A DNA stretch of 64,000 bases, from assembly GCF_000143415.4 (NCBI RefSeq), contig NW_003314325.1, forward strand, positions 150,567 to 214,566, in the 5' to 3' direction. A program made the position numbers and the translations under genes. The notes beneath the pieces were generated by a model. It did not search any database, was not told the DNA's origin, and saw nothing but the letters and a program-made list of their open reading frames with translations. Positions 1 through 10,881 of this stretch are shown here, one piece after another. How positions within the stretch are numbered: the stretch's first letter is position 1; the number at the start of each line of letters is the position of its first letter. This DNA is from Selaginella moellendorffii. Its lineage: Eukaryota > Plantae > Lycopodiophyta.

Positions 1-171
1 CACCCACACACAACGCTAAAGCAACATCTATATGCAAGAGTAGAAAAGCCGTCAAGGGAACAACCAACAACAAAGATCATGAAGCTCAAGGCAAGGAAAT
101 TCAAAAGAAGACTCAGGACCAAGATCTTGAGTATGTAACCACCTTGCCAAATGATGCCAAGAATGAGATAA

Positions 172-1396
172 TGTCGCGAATGTGACTTCGGGTATCGAAA
201 GTTACCTGTCGGTTAGTCCTTTTGGATATTCTTTCCTTACTGCCACGATGGCAAGAGGTCGGTATTGCTGGACCCATTAGTTGAGAAACTGGTCAATGAA
301 CATGCACTTAGATTGGATAAACATAAGGTAGGAACCCTATGTGTTTCTTGCTAAGCATACTTGGCCTGGTTTGAGAAACTTGTGTTATTGGCTTGCACTT
401 GCTAGTATCAAGAACCCCCGCGATATTGAGATTAGTCCCTTAATATCGCTAGATGATAGCTTACCGTGTCTGCCAAACACCCTCGCTATCATGCCCTTTG
501 TGTTAGTCTAATTTCAGTCCCAAATGCTATTTATGGAAAGTGTCTAGATTTGCTTATTTGGCATATTTACGAAATGTAGAGATCGGTCTGAACACAATGG
601 TGTTCGTCCCATGTCCAAATTCACAATTTAGGGACATTCCATATTTAGTAAGTTTCGAGCTTGTCCCAGAGACTAACTCCTGATACTAAGGGAGGCTTGG
701 GGTGAAAGCCCAAAGCGTGTGTTCCTCAAGGGGGGGGGGGGGGGCTGTGGGGGGTTCCAAATGTATAGTAGGGATAGTGGGTAGGTCGGGTATGGCCGAC
801 CAACTTGAGGCATAGTCTAGCTCCTGCTTGCGTGCCTGTCCTTGTTCTGCGTCCAGCTTGGGTCTAAGCCCAAGTTCCATTCCATGCTAGCTGGTGGAGT
901 ACCTATATCCTCGCGTTAGGCCACCGGTATGCCGAAATAGCGCCAGACTCCATTTGGCTCCGTTTTGCGTACTGGTCCTGGCATTGGGATGCTGGTTACT
1001 CTAGGACTGTTCCAAGTTGCTCTGGGCTCCTGTCCCTTCTCTCCTTGGGCTTTATGCTCGGGAGTTGCTCCATGGTTCGGTTCCGTCACTCCTTGGCTCC
1101 ATGCTTGGGAGTTTGGCACCATTCCTTTGTTCAGTGGCCCAAGGCCCTGAACCTCGGGTTCCTATGGACACGTGGCATGGACACGTGGCATCTGTCACAT
1201 GGCATAAAGAGGGTTTAGGTTCCGTGTAAGCTCTTGAGTTTGGACTTCCTAGGAAGTCACCCAGCCCAGCCCTCTATATTTGAACCCTATGGACCGTCTT
1301 TCAAGTCGTTCCCTTTGGTTGCTTACATTCCGCTTCGTGGTGTTATCCTATGGTAAATCACCATAGAATAAAGGGTCAAAAACCACGTGCGCTACA
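172..1396 (+). repeat. 5' LTR (1225 bp)
   Basis: Starts TGTCGCGAAT, ends GTGCGCTACA. Highly similar to 6401-7537. Confidence 0.95.
1164..1281 (+). promoter_or_regulatory. Putative LTR promoter: tandem G-box/ABRE pair plus TATA-like box
   Basis: ATGGACACGTGGC occurs twice in tandem (1164-1189), followed by CTCTATATTT at about 1272-1281. Confidence 0.5.
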
Positions 1397-1398
1397 TT

Positions 1399-1409
1399 TG
1401 GTATCAGAG
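1399..1409 (+). promoter_or_regulatory. Primer-binding site (tRNA-iMet)
   Basis: TGGTATCAGAG lies 2 nt after the LTR terminal CA. This is the canonical plant tRNA-iMet PBS. Confidence 0.9.
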
Positions 1410-3782
1410 AATGAATCTCAGCAAGTACTATTCAATGAGATTGGGCAACTAGTCTCGTTGCATACGCAGAGATGAAAACGATGATCCGAGTGGGTACATG
1501 TTTGGTGCAAAGGGTTCACATTCGTTCCTTGGGTATGGTTTTGGTTACATGTTGTACCTTATGATATGAGCTTGCTCTTTAGCTCACAAAGAGGGATTGA
1601 GTTGTTCCGTTTACACGAGTTTATGCTTGGGCTCATGAGTGAGGCACATTAGCAACTCAAGGCTATACTTTGAGTTGGCAGGATTAATGTTAGCCTATCG
1701 GTCGTTCCATGGGTTGTTCCAATGGTTCCATGAGTTGTTCCATGTACCATGGGTAAAATCAAACCTCCCCTGAGTTTGCTATGAGTGGCAAATAGGCTGG
1801 TCCGTAGCTGTTTAGCACGGCACTAGTAGATCCTTCCTAGGCATGATTACAAGTGGATCAACTAAGACTGTAGGGATTAGTCTATTAGTTCAAGTAGTCA
1901 TTGCCGTGCTCTTTCATAAACTTTTCTTGGATTGGACTGAAGGCAGTGTGAAAGCAAGCTTAAGGTTTAGTCAAAGACGAGATCGAAAAGAGAGTCGTCA
2001 GGGACAAAGGATCAAGCACGTAAATCATCTTCTTTCTTGGAGAAATTATTTGCAACAAAGTGTTAACTCATTGCTCGTGTTCACATTATGCAATCAAGAG
2101 TCCCTACCTTGATGCATCTTGGAGATGATGGTCTTACAAATGGTGAGTTGTGGGATGGATAGCGGTGAAGCGCTATACCATTTTGTCTAGGCTTGCTATT
2201 GGAAGACTTGGGTTGCAATGCTCAATTCTTTTCCGGGGAACCTTGCTATTGTTCCTTGAGTAGCTTGGTGTTGGATTAGTTTTGAGTTTGGTCGGAAAAA
2301 GAGTGGCATGTGCTTATCCATGTTGTGAACAAAAGTTAGTGGTGTTCAATGTTATAAGTCTCTATTGGTGGAGTGTGGCATTTATGTTGCATTTTGTCGA
2401 ATCGAGTTGACACTTGATAGTCACATAAACCTTTGAAGTAATGACATGGGTGTTGCTCTTGGTGTTTCTCAATTGATGATCAAGTCATTATGATTTCCAT
2501 ATCATATCCATGTGATAATAAGCAATGTGTTTACGAAGTTTCTTGGTTAAACGATGATCAACCCTAAAGTGGTTGATGGTGAAGCTAATCTACTTGCACG
2601 TAGTAGCAATGTAGTAACTTTGACTGGATTCTTGATAGTGGTCCATTATGCTAAGCTTAAGTTGGTTCCTTAGTTCCTTGAGTTTGCCCATTGAGGTGTT
2701 GGAAAAGGGTTGTAACATTTATTTGCTATGGCTTGTTGGTTTATCCGTTAGCACTTAGAGTAGATTGTTGAATGGAAAAGGTGTGTAGTTAAGGCATTGA
2801 TAGCGCTAGCACTTGTGTTAGTGGAAGTGGCATTGTTGATTCAAGTGATGAGGAATTTTCCTTAGAGCTTGATTCTCTATGTCATTTTTCTTGTTAGTGT
2901 CTTGGCTTCACATTGGATCTTGAAGGTAATCGAAAAAGAGTGTTAGTGCAATGTGAATATCTGAAGGTATAGTCTCCATGATCAAGCTTTAGATGTTCAT
3001 TTTGCATTCTGCGGATGTCGGTGTTGGATGTTGAAAGAATGGGCAAAAAGATGTTCGAGGCTTAAGCATACTATGGGTCATGAGAATTTGTGTTGAGGTG
3101 AGCATATATGAAGTTGTTAAGTAGAAGGAAGTTGGTTGAGTCTTGAAAGTTTGCATTCCTGGACTGAGAGTCATTCTTTCTCTAGGATGGAAAATTTTCC
3201 ACAAATTTTCTTAGACTTTTCCAATGGCTGATCTGTTATCACTTTGTCCGAAAACCATTCCGTTTTCGTAAGCCAGTACAAATTAGTGAAAGGGTTGGAG
3301 TTGACTTTAGTTGACTTAAACCTTAGTAGGTAGTTTGTATGATGCGGCCTAAAAGGGATGCTGACTTTTGGGGCTAAAGCAATTGAGTTGGATAGAGTCT
3401 GGAGTTAGTGTAGAAAAGTGGCCGTTGCACTTTTCTAGAAAGGTGACCCATGTGCCTTTCTTTTGTAGCGTTATGCTTAGTGGCAAGTTGCACTTTGCAT
3501 TTTGTTAGACTCTATGAGAGTAGTGACCTCTCACTGATCTTGACTTGGTCTTGGTGGCCCTGCGCCTTGGCTGAGGATGGTGATGTTCAACTTAGTTGTT
3601 TGAGTTTGAGATGTTAGTACCCATACTATAGCTTTGTCTATGAGGAGGTTGTGTACCGATATGAGTCCATCTCATGATCTTCACTTTAGCTTCGACTAAG
3701 TGTTGGTTATGTATAGCTAGCCTCTTCAAAGGCATGCTCAGAGCTATTGACTTGATGTATTGATAAGCTTATTGCAGTTGCG

Positions 3783-3988
3783 NNNNNNNNNNNNNNNNNN
3801 NNNNNNNNNNNNNNNNNNNNNNNNNNNNNNNNNNNNNNNNNNNNNNNNNNNNNNNNNNNNNNNNNNNNNNNNNNNNNNNNNNNNNNNNNNNNNNNNNNNN
3901 NNNNNNNNNNNNNNNNNNNNNNNNNNNNNNNNNNNNNNNNNNNNNNNNNNNNNNNNNNNNNNNNNNNNNNNNNNNNNNNNNNNNNNNN
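3783..3988. other. Assembly gap (206 N)
   Basis: Run of N bases. Confidence 1.
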
Positions 3989-6388
3989 TCAATGAAGATT
4001 TATCAATGATGGGCTTACTTTGCCGGATGGTGTTGCGGAGGATCGTGTCGTTAAACTTACATGGGTTTCCATGTTGGCATGTCGACTTTACCTCTGTCAA
4101 TATCATTTGGTTGCGTTTAGTTCGTAGTGTTGGATTTCATTAAGTCTTGGATGTGGTGAATCACTCCTTGATGAAGTGTTATCTGTAGCTGAGTATTGTT
4201 GAGGGATTGGTCTCAGATACCGACTAAGGTATCTTCGACTTTGGTTAACTTGGTTGCTAGAAAGTCTTGAGTGGTGATACACTCGTGCTTTCTTTTAGCT
4301 TTGTTCTAGTGTTGATGGCATTGAAGAGATAGCTTGTTGTTGACATTGTTCATATTGAGATTCAAGTGGAATGAGATGTCTCTCTGCAAGATTGATGTCG
4401 AGTTTCATTAGTCTCTATAGAGATCGTGTTGATGATTTGGCTATGGCTTTGTGTTATTGGCATTCGTACATTTGCTAGTTAGCAACTGTGTTGACGTTCA
4501 AATGAACTAAGTGGCAAGTTTGAGTTAGTTATGTTCTAAACGAGATTATTTAGTAGGGGTTGAGTTTTGAGCTTTTCCTTGAAAAGTGTTTCAGTTATGG
4601 ATTATGCTAACTTTACAAGCGGAAGAGTTAGTGATTGATATTGGAATGTTTGAATCCTTAAATGGATTTGAATTGAGATATATCAATCATTAATGATTCT
4701 TCTTGTGCTTGTTATGAAGTGAGTTACGTCTTGCTATAGATGGATTCATGGAGGATCGTTTGGTGATCACTTGTTGAGCATAGCTTCATTATGCTTAGCT
4801 TTTGGATTGATGCAGGCATGCTCTTCATTAGCTTTGGCACTATGAAGTTTAGCTTCTGGATGTGTTGAGGAGGATATTGTGGTTTGTACCATGATTTCTC
4901 TTTAGCATTGATGTTAGTTCATGTGAGACTCGTGATCATTATTAAGCAAGACTTGGCTATAGACTTCTTCGAGCTTGTGGTTCTTTGAGTTTTCATGCTC
5001 ATTGTTCCATTTGTTAAGAGTTGTTGGGGGAAGGCATTTTGGCTCATTAGCTTCGATATTGACGTTAGTATTTGCATCTAGCAATCATTGGTGATGATTG
5101 ACTATCATCTAAGATAGTTGATTATCCTTGTCAAGGGTTTTGCTTGATTATTGTTGGTATAGAAAGATTTACTGTTCTTCAGGATGGTAAATTCTTTCTT
5201 CAATGATGATTATGCATTTCTCTATTGTTAGGATGATTGATGATCTTTCATGGTGGTTATTTGTTCTCTTTGATGGCTTATGGTTTTTCGCAATATCACA
5301 TGTTCTTTGTGATTTGCTCTGGATTGGTCTATTGGGTTTGAGACATCTATAGGATGTTGCTGACACTTGCTTAGGCAACTTGAGTTCCTTGGTCTTGTTG
5401 GCTGGGATCTATTCAGATTGGATTTTGTGATAATTGGCAGGAATGAGTATTTGTTGGTCTTACCGCATTCATTCTCTTCTGTTGATTGTTGCTTGAGTTA
5501 GTTTTGATAGATTTGGATGTTCTTTCCTTTGGGTAATACATTCGCGAGCATTTTGCTTGTCAGTCAATGGTACTTTGTGTTCTTTGAGTTATCTTTCGTA
5601 AGTTGTTTGGCATTCTGTCTGCAATCTTTAATAGTTAAACTTTATCATTGAGTTTACTTGATGATATACTTGCTATTGAATTTTGTTTGATGGTGAATCC
5701 TATGTTTACCAATTATTATGATCTTGGTGGTTCCTGCACTATTATACTGGTTTATCGGATGATAACTTGCTTAGAATACTTTTGTGTTCTACTCTAAGAT
5801 ATAATCACTGATAATTAAGCTTCTAAGATATCATTGTCTCTGACTTTGATATTGTCCATCTATTGATCTTTGAGTTTGGGCCAGTAATGGGCAGACTGGC
5901 TTCGGCACTTCGTGTGCATGTTGAAATCTCTAGTCATGGGGTAGCTACTGTCAACTGGTCACATAACCCGCCTCTCTGTCGATGTTCCTTATTCCGTTGA
6001 AAGGGCATGACTGTGTAAACAACTCTAATTGCCTGTTTACAACAGTCTATCTAAACCTTACTGACGGGTTTGGTTTCTTTGCTTAGGAGGTTGGGGCCTC
6101 TGGCTTCTCTCTCTATGTTCCTGTGGGTAGGGGCATATCACACTTTTGTAAGCTGGGTGACTCCCAGAGCAGCAAGGGTGGCTGACTCCGTTGGTCATTT
6201 CCTTGTCAGCGACGGCCGGAAGGTGTCTGAGCTAGTAGCGCATCCGCGTTAGACAAAGAGGTTATCCCTAACTCATTTAAGTTGGTGCATTTCTCACATA
6301 GTGTGAGTACCGTGAACTTTTTCTGGAGTTGTTTCCTTGGCGGTATTCTAGACTCGAGTATGCATCGACGAGGACGTCGATCTTCCCT

Positions 6389-6400
6389 AGGGGGGGAGAG
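6389..6400 (+). promoter_or_regulatory. Polypurine tract
   Basis: AGGGGGGGAGAG directly before the 3' LTR. Preceded by the hairpin ATCGACG-AGGA-CGTCGAT (6364-6381). Confidence 0.88.
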
Positions 6401-7537
6401 TGTCGCGAATGTGACTTCGGGTATCGAAAGTTACCTGTCGGCTAGTCCTTTCGGATATTCTTTCCTTACTGCCACAATGGCAAGAGGTCGGTATTGCTGG
6501 ACCCGTTATCAGTTCCCACTTGAGCTAGTTGAGAAACTGGTCAATGAACATGCACTTAGATTGGATAAACATAAGGTAGGAACCCTATGTGTTTCTTGCT
6601 GAGCATACTTGGCCTGGTTTGAGAAACTTGTGTCATTGGCTTGCACTTGCTAGTATCAAGAACCCCCGCAATATTGAGATTGGTCCCTCAATATCACTAG
6701 ATGATAGCTTACCGTGTCTGCCAAACACCCTCGCTATCATGCCCTTTGTGTTAGTCTCATTTTGGTCCCAAATGCTATTTATGGAAAGTGTCCAGATTTG
6801 CTCATTTGGTATATCTACAGAATGTAGAGATCGGTCTGAACACAATGGTGTTCGTCCCATGTCCAAATTCACAATTTAGGGACATTCCATATTTAGTAAG
6901 TTTCGAGCTTGTCCCAGAGACTAACTCTTGATACTAAGGGAGGCTTGGGGTGAAAGCCCAAAGCGTGTGTCCCTCAAGGGGGGGGGGGGGGGCTTTGGGG
7001 GGTTCCAAATGTATAATAAGGATAATGGGGAGGTCGGGCATGGCCCACCAACCTGAGGCATAGTCTAGCTCCCGCTTGCGTGCCTGTCCTTGTTTTGCGT
7101 CCGGCTTGGGTCTAAGCCCAAGTTCCATTCCATGCTAGCTGGTGGAGTACCCATATCCTCGCGTTAGGCCACCGGTATGCCGAAATAGCGCCTAGACTCC
7201 GTTTGGCTCCGTTTTGCGTACTGGTCCTGGCATTGGGATGCTGGTAACTCCAGGACTGTTCCAAGTCACTCTGGGCTCCTGTCCCTTCGCTCCTTGGGCT
7301 TTATGCTCGGGAGTTACTCCATGGTTCAGTTCCATCACTCCTTGGCTCCATGCTTGGGAGTTTGGCACCGTTCCTTTGTTCAGTGGCCCAAGGCCCTGAA
7401 CCTCGGGTTCTTATGGACACGTGGCATGGACACGTGGCATATGACATGTGGCACAAAAAGGGTTTAGGTTCCGCTTCGTGGTGTTATCTTATGGTAAATC
7501 ACCATAGGATAAAGGGTCAAAAACCACGTGCACTACA
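6401..7537 (+). repeat. 3' LTR (1137 bp)
   Basis: TGTCGCGAAT...CACTACA followed by TSD GATAA. Lacks a 108-bp block present in the 5' LTR. Confidence 0.95.
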
Positions 7538-8723
7538 GATAAGTGCTAATAAGGAGGTTCCAAACTTATAGTTGTCACAGCCAGAGGAGCATAACATGAA
7601 CACAACCTAGTAGGAGCAGCCTCCAACATCTCCATCACATGCAGAAATACCACCAAATCCAGCTCTTGACACCAATGCTGACAACATGCCAAATCACTGC
7701 AAACACCACAGTCGAGAGTGTCCCGAGTAGGAGTGATGTTGCAAGCTTGAGCTTCCACACCAGATCTTAAGCTTGGCATTTCTCCAGTTTATGGATGAAA
7801 TGCAGCATCTCTAGCCAATGCCATAGATGCCAATACCAGAAGATTTTATGAGGCTTTTCTACAATGAGCAGATAAGTGTTTTCATGTGAGATGGAGTCTA
7901 GGCTATGATCAACACCATTGTCTACCAACCCCTCAACACGAAACTCACAAAGATCCAGAGTGACATTCTTTAGATCAAGAGGAGCATTTAAGGTATGGCT
8001 TTCCAGGGATTTGTATGTGCAGAGACTTAGTGCATGAACAAGGAACTCTCTAAGGAGAATGTAGAGCTTCACAACGAGATCCAACAGCTCAAGGCGAAGC
8101 AGCCACCCATTGTCATGGACAATGAAACTCAATTGACAATGATGATGATGAGTTCCGACAGAAGCTCGACAAGTTCAAGAACGAGCTCTTTGGGGTTGCA
8201 GCAGCAATAAAACAACCAGTAGTAAGAGCTTTGAGATGAATCTCAACTCAATTGTGGGAGAAAAGTGGAGCACAAAAAATCAACCTTGTATTTAAAAGTA
8301 TCATCTTGAGTCTTGAGACTTAAACCTTGAGACTTAGGAATAAGAAGAAATGGTAGTTACATATAACTAGTTAAGGGGCAAGTTAGCATTCAAACCCTAT
8401 CCCTATCTTTTTTGTATTTTGGCCTTCTATTATCAATGCATGTCCATATGCTCAAGATCTAAAGTACTCAAGTGATGTTAAATCTATCCTTGCTTATGAT
8501 CTTGACAAGAGCTTTCCTAGGGGTCAAAAGATTCAAATGGCTCTTCTTTCTTACTCTTTGTGTGTTTATTTGTGTCTAGTTGCAGCAAAAGGCAAGATCA
8601 AATTAAGCAAACACAATAGCAAACATCCACTCTTCCCCTTTTTTTTTCTTTCACTCTTATTCTTTGTTTGTTTGTCTTTCTTTTACAGTATAAACTCTTA
8701 CTCAAAAAGCACATAGAGTTTCC

Positions 8724-8935
8724 ACTATCATGCCTCATGTGTTACTAGTTATTTATGGAAAATGTATAGATTTGCTAATAAGGTATATTTATAGAATGTA
8801 ATATCCAAATTCTGTTATTCCATTATTAATAAATTTTTGAGATTATTTTAGAGACTAACTCCTAGTGTTGACATGAAAGCCCAAAGCCAAATATATACCT
8901 TGTGTTAGGCCATTGATATGCTGAAATAGTGCTAA
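8724..8935 (+). repeat. Old, decayed fragment of the same LTR family
   Basis: Collinear anchors TATTTATGGAAA, AGATTTGCT, GAGACTAACTCC, GAAAGCCCAAAGC and GTTAGGCCA..GAAATAG match the LTR, with deletions and C->T/G->A changes. Confidence 0.7.
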
Positions 8936-9177
8936 ACTTTATCAATAATAGTATGTGGTATTGATTTAGACCTCACAATTATAAATTGTATAAAACCATT
9001 TGTATACAATATTATACCAATTTAAAGAGAAATAAAAAAGACTAGTCCTTTTATTTAAATTATAAAAACTAGCTAAGCACAAGTGGTATTAAATTTATAT
9101 ATTTACTTTTATTTTATTAAATAATAATATATAATTTTACTAAAATTACAAATAAATTTTAATATATATTTAGAAGT

Positions 9178-10032
9178 TTAATTCTGACATAATTTATGGT
9201 TTTGTGTTTGTGATGACCATAAAGATTTATGTGGAAACTTTGTTGTATATAATACAAGGTTACAATCATTTTGAAGACTTAAAAATGTACTTATAATACA
9301 AAAGGATTTTTTGTTGCAAATAAAGTTTTTTGCCCATTCAACTTTTTTATTACTGCCATATAAAACTAAAAGTCCATCTATTTGCAGTTTAAGATAGCAA
9401 TTATATATATAATTCTTATTTGTTTTACTATCCCATATCATATTTTCTCCTGAAAATAAAACAAGATTACAGTTTGAGGTTAAGAATAATACATGTTTTC
9501 CATTTGGTGAAATTAGAAATTCACTATAAAACAATATTGAATTATACATACCACCTTGAATAGTGGTTTTAGATATATCGCAATCTTCAAATGATAATAA
9601 TGATATTGGATTTTTAGAATAAGATTTTGTGACAATATAACTGATTTCATGATTTCTCACTGTAACTCTGAAGTAATTTGCTGTTGCCCATAACATAGAA
9701 GGTGTGTAAGTCCTAATTAGTCTTTCTAATCCTTGATAAATAGAGGCTGAAGTTACAAAATCTGGACTTCCACTAGAAATACAATTTGGTGGATTTCCAT
9801 CAAATCTTGCTACTCTTACAATAACTGTTCCTGCTGATATGGGATGTGTTATTTCATCTGACCAATCACTAGGATAATCACCTGTAAGAGGTTGAATGAG
9901 CTGCCAAAAGCTTGCAATTATCATCTCTATATCATTATTATTTATTTCATAATAATCTCCAAATTGAACACTAGTGCTATAAACTTTATAAATTATTATC
10001 ACTAGTAGAGAAACTAATGTCTTAAAAATCAT
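9178..10032 (-). CDS. Secreted protein with C-terminal bulb-type (GNA/B-lectin) domain and unknown N-terminal domain
   Basis: 284-aa intronless ORF with a hydrophobic N-terminal signal peptide. Three QxDxNxVxY-type repeats (TSNCNLVLF, QIDGLLVLY, QNDCNLVLY) with LISPNG and W-x-S-x-T motifs. Confidence 0.85.
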   Translation of the reverse strand: MIFKTLVSLLVIIIYKVYSTSVQFGDYYEINNNDIEMIIASFWQLIQPLTGDYPSDWSDEITHPISAGTVIVRVARFDGNPPNCISSGSPDFVTSASIYQGLERLIRTYTPSMLWATANYFRVTVRNHEISYIVTKSYSKNPISLLSFEDCDISKTTIQGGMYNSILFYSEFLISPNGKHVLFLTSNCNLVLFSGENMIWDSKTNKNYIYNCYLKLQIDGLLVLYGSNKKVEWAKNFICNKKSFCIISTFLSLQNDCNLVLYTTKFPHKSLWSSQTQNHKLCQN

Positions 10033-10322
10033 TTCTATATATTTACATGTTTTCTTCCTGCTTTTATATACAAATTGAAAACAATGAAATTTTTACACAT
10101 GGAATACATATAGATGATAAAAAATACTTAGAGTGCAAGAAATGTTACAAGGACAAACTATACTGTCTTAGGACAAACTATGCTATGTTAGCTCACACTG
10201 GTAGAGAAACTAAAATCCAATCTTTCTTATATTTTTACATGTGGATAAAGAATACAAAGTATTAACAATCTAAAGGGAACTCTGTTTTTGGGGCTTCCAA
10301 TTTAGAGCTCCAGCGCCACCTC

Positions 10323-10830
10323 CTCGACTACACGCTGTGGCCCTTCTGGTGGTGAGCGATTGACTCTCTCTCTCTCCCTAAAGCGAATGCATGTCAAAGC
10401 GAGATAATCCGCGCTTGGTGACCGGGATTCTCAGCGCGCAGGGCGTCGCCAACTCCCACACCCGACATTGCGACTGCCTTTCTATCCAAGCTCAACCTCG
10501 CTACTCTCTTCTTCTCCTTATTTGTTCCTTCCATCTTCCAAAGCAATTCTTTCTTCTTCTTTCCAGGAAAACTACCCGAGCTGGAGCCACAAAACCGAGC
10601 ACTTCCAAAAGATCCATCAAAAGTCCAGCACGCCTTTCAAGGACATGCTCTTCTTCGATGACGAACAACGCAACATAAAAGCAGTGAGCAAAAAACCTTC
10701 TTTTCGTTTCGTTTTCTAAAACTTTCCTTTATTCAAGGTTTCACAAATGGGCGTCACAAGCATTCTTGTGGACGAGGGCGTCAACCTGGAAGCTCTCCGG
10801 CAGGGGCTCAAGGATTACACCAAGAAATAG
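10323..10830 (+). pseudogene. MDP1: Magnesium-dependent phosphatase 1 (HAD subfamily IIIC) remnant, 5'-truncated
   Basis: Exon pieces LDYTLWPFW, ECMSKRD, YPSWSHKTEHFQKIH..MLFFDDEQRN and MGVTSILV..GV, stop at 10830. No start codon. The first Asp of FDLDYT is absent and the middle appears deleted or frameshifted. Confidence 0.75.
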
Positions 10831-10881
10831 CTCATCGATTCGATTAAAAGAAGCAAACCAAGATTACAGGTAAGGAGAATT

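Larger units (their letters stand above)
172..7537 (+). mobile_element. Complete non-autonomous LTR retrotransposon (LARD-like, Gypsy-type termini)
   Basis: Two ~1.1-1.2 kb direct repeats with TG...CA ends. 5-bp TSD GATAA at 167-171 and 7538-7542. tRNA-iMet PBS after the 5' LTR and PPT before the 3' LTR. The ~5-kb interior has no long ORF. Confidence 0.93.

Noticed and set aside
686-1229. Short ORFs repeated at 686-1229 and 6589-7571
   Set aside because: They recur only because they lie in the duplicated LTRs. No protein motifs, and stops differ between copies.
3744-4143. ORFs of 120-127 aa
   Set aside because: Artefacts of reading through the N gap.
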